Translations under genes and position numbers: made by a program
DNA from: Klebsiella phage Miami
Sequence record: MT701590.1
Length of the DNA stretch: 64,000 bases
Reading direction: 5' to 3' (one strand)
The notes under the pieces: generated by a model
Seen by the model: the letters and a program-made list of their open reading frames with translations, nothing else
Database searches by the model: none
What the model was told of the DNA's origin: nothing
Part shown: in pieces, positions 55,907 to 64,000 of the stretch
Layout of the letters: every line of letters begins with the position of its first letter
Position numbering within the stretch: the stretch's first letter is position 1

Positions 55907-56229
55907 AAATAGCTTTAGCGAGTTACGGAAGATTAACTATATTAAACCCACTCAGGGGGATCATAGGCCATTTTGTCCCAAGATTAATAGTAGAGTGGTC
56001 AGTAGAAGAAAGAACGCTCAGATTCCGTCCTAGCGGCACTGAGGGGAATAAGTATTATAAAGGGTTTATTAAGTTAAGTCCTACCGCATGCGTCCATTTA
56101 ATAGCGCCTATTCTTAGAAAAGCAGAATACGGTAAAAAGATGGATAATCCAGATATCGTTGAAGTTCTCGGGCATACTGTCACGATCAAAGTCAAAGAAC
56201 AAGACGGCTGGTATTGCGCACAATTTTAA
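55891..56229 (+). CDS. hypothetical protein (112 aa)
   Basis: Co-oriented ORF. Confidence 0.45.
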   Translation: MEHELKIALASYGRLTILNPLRGIIGHFVPRLIVEWSVEERTLRFRPSGTEGNKYYKGFIKLSPTACVHLIAPILRKAEYGKKMDNPDIVEVLGHTVTIKVKEQDGWYCAQF

Positions 56230-56256
56230 CTCGAGTATCAATTTAGGAAAAATATC

Positions 56257-56706
56257 ATGCAATTAGATAACATTTGGTTTTTCGGCATAGACGCAGAAGA
56301 TCTAGAAAATTTTAAAGCGATCTTTACCGTAGAAGGGTTAAAGGAACCCTTCGATTTTAATTTCATTCCCTTCACCATTTCGCCTCAGTCGATGGTCGCT
56401 CACACTAAAGAACTGACGATCACGCTTTACCCCGTTAAAGAGAAAATTTTATTAAATGGTAAAGTAGAACAAACGATCTTTAAAGGTTCCGACGGAAGGT
56501 TGTATTTTAACCTGGGTTCGATTATCCAGGTGATGAATAGTCAAATAGCCGCCTTTGTAGCCAAATCCTTTTCTGGGTTTAATAAACTGGGCTGGTTTAT
56601 TAAAGAGATCGACGGAAGTTTTATCCTATTCAACGTCCAGAGCTTCAGTGACGAGGGGTTGATTAAACTGTATCGATCCTCTAGCGTAACCGATAGCTCT
56701 AATTAA
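56257..56706 (+). CDS. hypothetical protein (149 aa)
   Basis: Conserved leader atttaggaaaaatatcATG. Confidence 0.5.
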   Translation: MQLDNIWFFGIDAEDLENFKAIFTVEGLKEPFDFNFIPFTISPQSMVAHTKELTITLYPVKEKILLNGKVEQTIFKGSDGRLYFNLGSIIQVMNSQIAAFVAKSFSGFNKLGWFIKEIDGSFILFNVQSFSDEGLIKLYRSSSVTDSSN

Positions 56707-56715
56707 GGAAACCTT

Positions 56716-56907
56716 ATGGTAATCTCAAACGCTGTTATCGTGTTGGTGGTTTGGCTCACCGTTATCCCTCTCCTAATCTGGGAGACGCGTAACGACGGTT
56801 ACAAGCCGTTGAAGCGCTATATCTTCATCGTCATATGGCCTATCTCTGCGGTAGGGATATTTTTACATATCGTCTGGCAACTCCTGAAATATAAAGGATG
56901 GAAATAA
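56716..56907 (+). CDS. small membrane protein (63 aa)
   Basis: Two TM helices. Confidence 0.4.
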   Translation: MVISNAVIVLVVWLTVIPLLIWETRNDGYKPLKRYIFIVIWPISAVGIFLHIVWQLLKYKGWK

Positions 56908-57254
56908 TGGGAATATTCTACGCCGGATTAATCCTTATTACCGGCCTTTTATTCGGGGTGGGATACTTGCTCTTTAAAAAGAGAAAAGACCCGCAGCTGG
57001 TATACTGGGACGACTGGATAAAACTTCATTGGAAGAAGTTTTTAATTGTCTTAATGATCTCGCTGGGTGTTTATACTCTAATTTGTATCAAGCCCCTTTA
57101 CCACACAACCAAATGTTACTTCTACGGTAAAACGTATAAGACATACACCGAATACAGTTGGATTCTTGGTGAGTGTTTGTATAAAGGTAAGACGGGGGCG
57201 ATGTTGCCTTTGCAGATCACTCGGGATAATCCAGACGGAGACGTCGAGGAGTAG
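56898..57254 (+). CDS. membrane protein (118 aa)
   Basis: Two TM helices. Confidence 0.45.
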   Translation: MEIMGIFYAGLILITGLLFGVGYLLFKKRKDPQLVYWDDWIKLHWKKFLIVLMISLGVYTLICIKPLYHTTKCYFYGKTYKTYTEYSWILGECLYKGKTGAMLPLQITRDNPDGDVEE

Positions 57255-57257
57255 AAC

Positions 57258-57695
57258 ATGATTTGGGTAAAACAAGCCTGTTCGTTATGGTACGAAAAAA
57301 GAACATTGAAGGACTGGGGTGAGATCCTCACTTTTATTAGTATGTTCTGTCTGATTGTAACACTATGTGCAAGTTTTGCAACTAGTTCTGTTCTTTGGCT
57401 AACATTGTGTGCGATCAATATAGTGCTGATGATTTCTTTAGGGCCTTTGTTCGACTGGTTACACAAAAACAAATCCACGATCGTAATGAGGGTAGAACGC
57501 GAAAGGATGTTAAAAGATCCTTTCGATAGCATGATCCATGCTTATCTGGAAACAGACGGTGCTGATATTGAAGAACTGTTGGACGTACTGCGAATGGATT
57601 CGTTTACGTTACACAATCAAATTAAAAACACGGAGCTTAAAAGTAGGGTGTCTGACGCTATCGCCAAGATGCACCGAAAACAAAGCTCAAATTAA
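57258..57695 (+). CDS. membrane protein (145 aa)
   Basis: Two TM helices. Confidence 0.45.
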   Translation: MIWVKQACSLWYEKRTLKDWGEILTFISMFCLIVTLCASFATSSVLWLTLCAINIVLMISLGPLFDWLHKNKSTIVMRVERERMLKDPFDSMIHAYLETDGADIEELLDVLRMDSFTLHNQIKNTELKSRVSDAIAKMHRKQSSN

Positions 57696-57707
57696 TTAGG
57701 AAAACAA

Positions 57708-58571
57708 ATGAAAACAGCAGAACAACAGTATTTGGATTTAGGGTTTCGCATTGTCGAAGAAGGTGTGTGGGTAGAAAACAAACGAACCGGCGTTCGTTGT
57801 CTAACTGTGGCCAATGAAACTCTTCATTACGACGTGGAAAACGGGTTGACTCCTGTTCTCTCCACCCGCCCCGTCCCTTATAAAGGAGGGTTAGGGGAGT
57901 CCATCGCTTACTTGCAAGGGAAAGGGAACGCCGCTGAATTCCGTGAGTTGGGTTCCAACACCTGGAACTCTAATGCCAACGAGAACGAAGCCTGGCTGAA
58001 CAATCCTAACCGTAAAGGCGAGGATGACATGGGTCGGGTCTATGGCGTTCAAGGACGTGATTGGACTAACCAATTCGGCGCTAAGTTAGACCAGCTGAAG
58101 AAAATCATCGACAACCTTAATCGAGGAATTGATGATCGCGGAGAGATTCTGACTTTCTGGAATCCCGGGGAATTTGAATATGGGTGTTTGCGTCCTTGTA
58201 TGCACACGCACCAGTTTACCCTACTCGGCAATAAACTCCACCTCACCTCGGTGCAAAGAAGCTTCGATTGGGCGTTAGGTGGGCCGGCAAATATGCTTCA
58301 ATGTTATTTCTTCTTACAGTTGATGGCTCAGGTCACGGGACATACCGCCGGTCAGGTCACTCATCACGTGGTCAACGCGCATATCTACGAGAACCAGCTG
58401 GAGTTGGCTAAAGAGCAACTCAAAAGAACTCCTCACCGAACAGATACTCAGTTCTGGGTTAATCCAAATATCCGCACCCTGGAAGATATCGATAAGATGA
58501 CCAAGAACGACGTCAAACTTATCGGTTACTTCAGCGACTACGACCCGATCAAATATCCGTTTACGGTGTAA
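57708..58571 (+). CDS. thyA: thymidylate synthase (ThyA) family enzyme (thymidylate synthase, or a dUMP/dCMP hydroxymethylase-type paralog)
   Basis: Collinear with E. coli ThyA: YLDLGFRIVEEG, NRTG, GRVYGVQGRDW, RGEILTFWNPGE, catalytic Cys in LRPCMHTHQF, QRSFDWALGGPANM. Contains an approx. 45-aa insertion and non-canonical residues around the catalytic Cys. Confidence 0.75.
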   Translation: MKTAEQQYLDLGFRIVEEGVWVENKRTGVRCLTVANETLHYDVENGLTPVLSTRPVPYKGGLGESIAYLQGKGNAAEFRELGSNTWNSNANENEAWLNNPNRKGEDDMGRVYGVQGRDWTNQFGAKLDQLKKIIDNLNRGIDDRGEILTFWNPGEFEYGCLRPCMHTHQFTLLGNKLHLTSVQRSFDWALGGPANMLQCYFFLQLMAQVTGHTAGQVTHHVVNAHIYENQLELAKEQLKRTPHRTDTQFWVNPNIRTLEDIDKMTKNDVKLIGYFSDYDPIKYPFTV

Positions 58572-58589
58572 CTCGCAATAAAACAAAAA

Positions 58590-58622
58590 CTTTATCCTAC
58601 CTGGATTCCCAGGTAGGATAAA
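58590..58622. terminator. bidirectional terminator (tatcctacctgg-attc-ccaggtaggata inside the larger palindrome aaacttta..taaagttt)
   Basis: Between convergent thyA-like (+) and DUF1353 (-) genes. T/A tracts on both sides. Confidence 0.7.
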
Positions 58623-58628
58623 TAAAGT

Positions 58629-59009
58629 TTATCTTTTTTGGATGACGTTGCCCTCAGCTTTACGTTTGGTAAAATGAGAGGATCCGCAGAGTCGGACAAA
58701 CACCCACATTACAAGCCAGTAGCGCCAGCTGAGTTTTAAACGATAACGCATATTGTCTCGGAAGAGATTGTCGCACTCTTTCCTTTCGTATAACCCGGAA
58801 CCGTACATGTAATCGTGCACAGCCGCAGCCGGGAAATATTTATAGTAAGCTGGGTATAAACCCTGTAGCCAACGAGGAACACTCGCACCGTCCGTTACCA
58901 AGCCTTTAGGGACGGTGACTTCTGGGGTCGGGTAATCTTCTCTGAACCGAAATTTATCCTCGGTTATAACGTAGTCAAGCGGGATGTCGGTAAAACTAAA
59001 TTCTTCCAT
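58629..59009 (-). CDS. DUF1353-family protein
   Basis: ..VPKGLVTDGASVPRWLQGL..YFPAAAVHDYMY.. matches the DUF1353 signature (PxGFxTDGASIP...AAxxHDxxY). Only the second minus-strand gene in the window. Confidence 0.55.
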   Translation of the reverse strand: MEEFSFTDIPLDYVITEDKFRFREDYPTPEVTVPKGLVTDGASVPRWLQGLYPAYYKYFPAAAVHDYMYGSGLYERKECDNLFRDNMRYRLKLSWRYWLVMWVFVRLCGSSHFTKRKAEGNVIQKR

Positions 59010-59131
59010 TTCGCTATTCTCTGAATTAGTTAGTAATAAACGATCATAGCATTTTAGACTTTCGACACATAGAAGTTTTCAGTTCTATATTACTGTTATG
59101 TAAACACAACCTATCATTAAGGAAAGGCATC
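59010..59131. promoter_or_regulatory. divergent promoter region (DUF1353 on the minus strand, LysM gene on the plus strand)
   Basis: AT-rich. + strand TCGACA-N18-TATATT about 30 nt upstream of the GTG at 59132. Confidence 0.4.
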
Positions 59132-59617
59132 GTGAAACTCGTTAATCAAAAAGTTTATATTGTTAAGCCAGGCGATACGCTGTCAGAAATAGCAAACCAT
59201 TTTTGTGGGAATCCTGCTATCGGATACGATATAGCTGAGGACAACGGCATTATCAACGCCGGACTCATCTATCAAGGGCAAAGAATCTGGATAAGGGAGG
59301 GATTTCTAAAGGAAGAATTTAAGGGCTCTCCTAATACCCAACCCAAAGAAGAACCTTTCAGAAAAGGTCAGGTCGTTCATATCGCTCAGTCCGGCGTTCT
59401 AACAAGACCAAAACTTACCGACTGGGTTGAAAGTATCGATCATCTAATCGATGGCTGTTTTTTAATTGTACAAGACCAAGATCAGAATCGCTCTTCGGTC
59501 CTGGTCCAAGATAACAAGAAGCAGTTTTATTACTTCGATCTGAACGAATCAAGAGAAGTGGTTAGGGTTCAAGGAGCGATAGAAATCTGCCCTGGTCGTT
59601 TTATGGCGTTAGGTTAA
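59132..59617 (+). CDS. LysM-domain protein
   Basis: GTG start. YIVKPGDTLSEIANHF....DNGIINAGLIYQGQRIWI is a canonical LysM peptidoglycan-binding motif. Confidence 0.6.
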   Translation: MKLVNQKVYIVKPGDTLSEIANHFCGNPAIGYDIAEDNGIINAGLIYQGQRIWIREGFLKEEFKGSPNTQPKEEPFRKGQVVHIAQSGVLTRPKLTDWVESIDHLIDGCFLIVQDQDQNRSSVLVQDNKKQFYYFDLNESREVVRVQGAIEICPGRFMALG

Positions 59618-59634
59618 ATCCAACTGAGGGTTAC

Positions 59635-60030
59635 ATGAAAAAGATTATAATCTACACAGCCCCGAGGTCAAGCTTCTTAGGGGCGGGACTCAAAGAAAAA
59701 CTTTTAAAGGAACTGGAAGTGACTTTCGGTTATCTCTTTGATGTACAGGAGATAACCGAAATGGGGATTGAACTAACGGCGCACGAATTCATCATTTCCG
59801 ATGAAGGATTCAATATTCTCGCTAAGGAGTGGGAGAATAAGTTTGAGGATCCGGAGATTCACAAGATGGAGGACGTTTACATGTTCCCGTCTGAGTTACG
59901 TAAAGCAAGCTTGGATAAGTTGAAAGGGGTTAGGGAACTCTTTACGATTAGAGTCGCAACCTTCCTTTCATGCTTACCAGAAGAAACGGCAGTTTTAATC
60001 GAAGCTCAACCCGTCGAAGAAGACGAATAA
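59635..60030 (+). CDS. hypothetical acidic protein (131 aa)
   Basis: Co-oriented ORF. Confidence 0.45.
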   Translation: MKKIIIYTAPRSSFLGAGLKEKLLKELEVTFGYLFDVQEITEMGIELTAHEFIISDEGFNILAKEWENKFEDPEIHKMEDVYMFPSELRKASLDKLKGVRELFTIRVATFLSCLPEETAVLIEAQPVEEDE

Positions 60031-60047
60031 CTTTAGGATTTAACATC

Positions 60048-60425
60048 ATGTATGAGGTTACTGTTTACCATTTCTCCAGACAAGAACTGGAAAAGAAAGA
60101 TCAGGATTTCTTCGAAGACCTGACCAAGAACGAAGGTTGGGTAGAAGACATCGAAGATATTGAAATGGCACTGGGTTCCAGGGAGGGTTGCATTGAAGGT
60201 CAAGAATTCAGATTACCCGTCTCTGCTTTAGATATCCTGGAAATGAAATGGGAGGGGCGTTTTGACTCTGGCATTTGCATGTGTTCCGCCATTTACTATT
60301 TCTCGCCTGAATGCATTGAATCCGTATGTCGCGATCTTTCCGATCATGGTACTCGGGAGGCCGCTCTCTTAGCAGAGTACCTGCAGGGCATCCCCGATAC
60401 CGAAATCGTCGTTATCGAAATCTAA
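60048..60425 (+). CDS. hypothetical protein (125 aa)
   Basis: Start at the ATG after the conserved leader ctttaggatttaacatcATG. The ORF-track start is further upstream. Confidence 0.5.
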   Translation: MYEVTVYHFSRQELEKKDQDFFEDLTKNEGWVEDIEDIEMALGSREGCIEGQEFRLPVSALDILEMKWEGRFDSGICMCSAIYYFSPECIESVCRDLSDHGTREAALLAEYLQGIPDTEIVVIEI

Positions 60426-60452
60426 TTGCTGTGTAGTTGTGGTAGTTCTTTT

Positions 60453-60477
60453 GGGGGCCTTCGGGCCCTCCTTTTTT
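60453..60477 (+). terminator. rho-independent terminator with UUCG tetraloop (gggggcc-ttcg-ggccctcc plus CTTTTTT)
   Basis: GC stem, UUCG loop, U-tract. Confidence 0.75.
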
Positions 60478-60489
60478 AAGGAAAGTGAA

Positions 60490-60930
60490 ATGCGGGAAGA
60501 CAGAAATATTTATCGTAACACAGCTTATATCAACGATCGTTATGAGAGGATAGGTGATGCAGTAGAGGTAACACTATTTTCTTTTTCGACGTTTGAAATA
60601 GAGCAGAAAATCGTGTTTGAGTGGGTCAAGAAAAATCCCGCTATCAAACTCGAACTTTATCGAGGTCTGAGTGATAAAGATTCACCAGTAAATATCTGCG
60701 GGTCCGTTACTAATATAAGGATCAACCCCCTAGATTTCAAAGTCACCGGTACACTTCGACCCGAAGGAAGAATGCGCAAAATACTGGAAGATACCATCAA
60801 TCGGCATCAGCCTGTCACCATTAACATGCGAGGGATATTTGATTTTAGACATTCCGTTTATCGTTGTACCGAAATCAAAGGTCTGGTGCTAATGTCTGAC
60901 TTTAGTGCCTATCGTAAAAGGAGTATTTAA
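60490..60930 (+). CDS. hypothetical protein (146 aa)
   Basis: Start at ATG (MREDRN) after an AAGGAAAG SD sequence. Confidence 0.5.
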   Translation: MREDRNIYRNTAYINDRYERIGDAVEVTLFSFSTFEIEQKIVFEWVKKNPAIKLELYRGLSDKDSPVNICGSVTNIRINPLDFKVTGTLRPEGRMRKILEDTINRHQPVTINMRGIFDFRHSVYRCTEIKGLVLMSDFSAYRKRSI

Positions 60931-61018
60931 CTTCCATAATTTTTTAAATCGATATTACCACTGTGTCTCAAAATAAAACTTTTTAGGTTGTTTTAACATC
61001 ACTTAGGAGTACGCCCGT

Positions 61019-61393
61019 ATGCGTTATCAACATTTTTCTATCGTCTCTTCCAAAGAAGCATTTTCCATTCGTCTTTCTTACATCCTGCAACATCTGAACA
61101 AAACAGAAACTCAGCGCTCTATCGCGGAGTATTGTGGGGTGAGCACGAGTACCATCTCCGCCATCTGCAACGAGCACGTCCAGTATGTATCCCTCAATAC
61201 GCTGATGAAAATCGCGGATAAACTGAAACTCAACTACGAGGTTGTCTTTAAAGGCAATCGCGGTAAAGTGAGTAACTTTGTTACTGTTGAATCCGCCGTG
61301 GATTACATGAAGCTCGGCAAGCTGAACCCCGTTCGTAAAAATGTGATGAAGGGTAGCTCCCCTGCATTTAAAGGACGGGTGGCGACGCATTAA
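61019..61393 (+). CDS. XRE-family HTH transcriptional regulator
   Basis: ..ETQRSIAEYCGVSTSTISAICNEH..VSLNTLMKIADKLKL is an HTH_3 (Cro/CI-type) motif. Confidence 0.55.
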   Translation: MRYQHFSIVSSKEAFSIRLSYILQHLNKTETQRSIAEYCGVSTSTISAICNEHVQYVSLNTLMKIADKLKLNYEVVFKGNRGKVSNFVTVESAVDYMKLGKLNPVRKNVMKGSSPAFKGRVATH

Positions 61394-61396
61394 TCA

Positions 61397-61424
61397 TGGT
61401 GGGGGTCCGCAAGGGCTCCCACGC
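61397..61424 (+). terminator. terminator-like hairpin gtgggggtcc-gcaa-gggctcccac (GNRA loop)
   Basis: 10-bp stem with two G-U pairs, followed by a T-rich tract. Confidence 0.5.
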
Positions 61425-61454
61425 TATTTATCAATTTATTTTTTAGGATAAAAC

Positions 61455-62012
61455 ATGACCATTATCGTAGGGGTTGTAAAAGAAAAATCGTTAAGTGCGG
61501 ACCGTTATATACTGGATTATAAGCAGATCAACAAAACAGTGTCTTCGGTTTCACGCTACACCGAGAGTAAATTAAAAATATCTCCGGACAATCATTTTTG
61601 TTATGTCTTCTGTGGCGAACAAAAAGAAGAGATTGTTCCATTGGTTCTTAACTATTTACTCAGATTCGAAAAAGGTCTGGTAAAGGAAGACGAATTTATT
61701 CATTGCGGACTTAAATCCTGCGACTCCCTCATTGTGATGTCCGCGAGACATTTTTATTCAATTCAGTTAAATGAAAAACAGGGGGTTTTAGAAGTTCAAA
61801 TTCGTTTGGATGGCGCGGTCACCTATCCTTTTTTAAACAACCATATGGTCGCCGGACTCGATCTCCCAGGGGAAGTAATTCGTCAAGCACTGATGGAAGC
61901 CAATCTCATTCTCCACACCGATGAAAATGAAGTTGATGTAGTCCATCAAAAAGACCTCACTCTTATTAAGAAAGCCACCAAAAAGGAAATTAAAAATGCT
62001 CTTTTATCTTAA
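61455..62012 (+). CDS. hypothetical protein (185 aa)
   Basis: Conserved leader ttttaggataaaacATG. Confidence 0.5.
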   Translation: MTIIVGVVKEKSLSADRYILDYKQINKTVSSVSRYTESKLKISPDNHFCYVFCGEQKEEIVPLVLNYLLRFEKGLVKEDEFIHCGLKSCDSLIVMSARHFYSIQLNEKQGVLEVQIRLDGAVTYPFLNNHMVAGLDLPGEVIRQALMEANLILHTDENEVDVVHQKDLTLIKKATKKEIKNALLS

Positions 62013-62454
62013 CAAGCGGGTTATCGTTGACAGCGTAGCGAACATCTTTATGTTAGCGGACGATACTCCTCACGTCGAGTTCTTATTGGATGGCGACAAA
62101 CGATGGGCTTTCATTCCCTATCATGAAAATAACGGCAGTACGTTATCTGCGGCTATCTCAGTGAATGAGCACGGTGTTTGTTATAATGCGCATTTCAACT
62201 ATAAAACGTTAAGTCTCGATCGTCGTATTCCGTTACCCTCTAATTTGTTAAAAGCCTTTCAAACAGGGGGAGATTCCGACTACTGTAACAACATGCACGT
62301 CGCTAAGGCCGCTTTCTATCACTATAACTGTACCTTTGACGAATTCCAAGCATTGCTAAATAAATCAGGCCGGGAGTACAAAATGTTTGATTTATTAGCG
62401 GTCTCTAAAAGACTTAAGACGATGCAGCCGGAACAATTTAACTGGGTTATTTAA
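61996..62454 (+). CDS. hypothetical protein (152 aa)
   Basis: Overlapping start. Confidence 0.45.
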   Translation: MLFYLNKRVIVDSVANIFMLADDTPHVEFLLDGDKRWAFIPYHENNGSTLSAAISVNEHGVCYNAHFNYKTLSLDRRIPLPSNLLKAFQTGGDSDYCNNMHVAKAAFYHYNCTFDEFQALLNKSGREYKMFDLLAVSKRLKTMQPEQFNWVI

Positions 62455-62544
62455 AACCAAGATTCCTATTATACGTTAAAGAATTTTGGATCTATATCAC
62501 CGTCTTGATGCACTAACCATAATCTTTTTAGGAGTATTAACATC

Positions 62545-64000
62545 GTGAACGTTCGTGGCGTAAAAGTAAAAGCAGAAACCCGTCAAATTATTGATAACAC
62601 CGTAGAGCTCGTTGCAACCGCGGTAACCTCGACCATGGGCCCTAACGGCAAGCTGGTTGTTATTGACGAAACGGGTAATCCTAAAATGACCAAGGATGGG
62701 GTGACAGTAGCGCGCTCTATCCGTTTGGATGATCGGGCAATGGACATCATCGCCAAGATGATCACCGAAGCCTCGATCAAAACGGATGCCGAATGTGGCG
62801 ATGGGACCACCACCACTGTATTCTTAACAAGAGCGTTTTATAACGCCTTTAAAGATAAACTGGATTTCATGACCAAACGCCGGGTGGAAGAGTTAACCAA
62901 AGAAACGATCGAAATGCTCAAAGGAATGACGAAGGTTATTTCTCTTGATAGCCCAGTCCTTCACAATCTGGCGTTAACAACCAGTAATAACGATCTGGAT
63001 ATCGTGGATAAACTCTACGATATCTTTAAGACCATACCTGATCCCATGATTGATTATCGTCGGGGTGTAACAGGTATTGACGAGATCGAATACAGTAAGG
63101 GCAAGGAATTCACAGGCGGGTACGCGCACCCTACTTTCACTAAAGATGGAAGTGGTAGCCCGATTACGATCGAATCGGGTTATGCGTGCATCTTTGAAGG
63201 GAAGTTCAGTATTCCAGATGACGAGTCGGAATTCCTGAAGCTCTTCGATGAGATCACTGAAAGGGGATATCGTCAGACTGTTGTTATCGCACGTGAATTC
63301 GACGAACACACCCTGATGGTGATGAACAAAATGAATCACGTTATGCTGACGCAGAAACTGGTGGAGGAACCGGTTTTCATTCCCGTGCGGGTTCAGGCTA
63401 TCGGAACAGCGGGAGTGGGGATCATTGGAGATATTGCAACGGTACTGGGATTAAACCAGGATGTGGACTATTCAGGTTGGAAGTCTCGCAACTATGAAGT
63501 ACGCCCCATTGAAAACGTTGTAGTGAAAGGCGCGCTATTCTTTGTGGGTAGCATGTCCGATGATGTCTCGGAACGTACAGTAAAGCGTATCGCGCAAATT
63601 AAAGATCAAATCGATAACTTGCCAGCTGCTCAGAAACACACGCCTTTGGCGAAGATCCTGAGACACCGTATCTCTACTCTGATGGGTAACCGAGTGACTG
63701 TAACCGTTGGAGGAGAAACCGCTTCCGACATCAAAGAACGACTGGATCGATTTGAAGACGTCGGTCGGGCTATCGCATCAGCGTTAACTAACGGCGTCCT
63801 TCCGGGCATTGGTTATTCATTGGCTTATGTTGGTAGTGAGCTGGTGAAGAAATATCCTGACGATTCTATAGTGAAACTGTACGCCGATGTATTGGGCGAG
63901 CAGCTTCACATGTTGATGGGTCGGGAATTCAATGATCCTGAATTAGTCTATGTCAATCTGGCTACTGGGGAAACCGGTAAGCATCCTCAAGACATCAACG
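62545..64000 (+). CDS. groL: GroEL-like (group I) chaperonin, N-terminal ~485 aa (3' end beyond window)
   Basis: GTG start after the conserved leader. KAETRQIIDNTVELVATAVTSTMGPNGKLVVIDETGNPKMTKDGVTVARSIRLDD...AECGDGTTTTVFLTRAF aligns with GroEL residues ~5-95 (..LGPKGRNVVLD..PTITKDGVSVAREIELED..AGDGTTTATVLAQA). The frame is open to nt 64000. Confidence 0.8.
   Translation, partial: MNVRGVKVKAETRQIIDNTVELVATAVTSTMGPNGKLVVIDETGNPKMTKDGVTVARSIRLDDRAMDIIAKMITEASIKTDAECGDGTTTTVFLTRAFYNAFKDKLDFMTKRRVEELTKETIEMLKGMTKVISLDSPVLHNLALTTSNNDLDIVDKLYDIFKTIPDPMIDYRRGVTGIDEIEYSKGKEFTGGYAHPTFTKDGSGSPITIESGYACIFEGKFSIPDDESEFLKLFDEITERGYRQTVVIAREFDEHTLMVMNKMNHVMLTQKLVEEPVFIPVRVQAIGTAGVGIIGDIATVLGLNQDVDYSGWKSRNYEVRPIENVVVKGALFFVGSMSDDVSERTVKRIAQIKDQIDNLPAAQKHTPLAKILRHRISTLMGNRVTVTVGGETASDIKERLDRFEDVGRAIASALTNGVLPGIGYSLAYVGSELVKKYPDDSIVKLYADVLGEQLHMLMGREFNDPELVYVNLATGETGKHPQDIN

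Noticed and set aside
62583-63339. Minus-strand ORFs 62583..62816 and 62974..63339
   Set aside because: Antisense to the GroEL-like CDS, which has unambiguous homology.
1-64000. CRISPR arrays, tRNA/rRNA genes, IS elements or transposases
   Set aside because: Intergenic spacers are short (mostly under 120 bp) and filled by terminators and leaders. No direct-repeat/spacer periodicity, tRNA-like structures or transposase/integrase ORFs were seen by eye. tRNAscan and Rfam should confirm.

Overview
This 64 kb window looks like an early or accessory region of a large virulent (possibly jumbo) enterobacterial phage. It is not bacterial chromosome. It carries about 110 mostly small genes, all but two on the + strand, with individual rho-independent terminators after many of them. 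A conserved ~19-nt translation-initiation motif (TTTAGGAA-N2-AACATC-ATG) precedes at least 24 of the genes. At the left end is a host-recognition locus of three tail fiber/tailspike genes: one enters from upstream, one is 1213 aa with a C-terminal S74-type intramolecular chaperone, and one is an 856-aa paralog on the minus strand sharing the N-terminal anchor domain. PhoH, a GNAT and a beta-solenoid repeat protein lie with them. The remaining ~54 kb contains no recognisable replication or virion genes. It holds nucleotide-metabolism and host-takeover functions: DHFR, a ThyA-family enzyme, tandem-domain MazG, two calcineurin-like phosphatases, a DEDDh exonuclease, a PP-loop ATPase, a NadR-PnuC NAD+ salvage pair, a BCS1-like AAA ATPase, a Pol-beta nucleotidyltransferase, and a GroEL-like chaperonin that runs off the 3' end. 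It also holds candidate counter-defence or regulatory genes: a DUF2829/Tad2-like protein, a solo HigA-like HTH, an AlpA-like regulator with an adjacent 14-bp palindrome and a codon-optimised small gene, a T5orf172 protein with triple Zn-repeats, a bactofilin-like beta-helix protein, and a cluster of secreted proteins. No rRNA, tRNA, CRISPR array, integrase or transposase was found. All family assignments are from reading the translated ORFs by eye and need HMM or structure confirmation.
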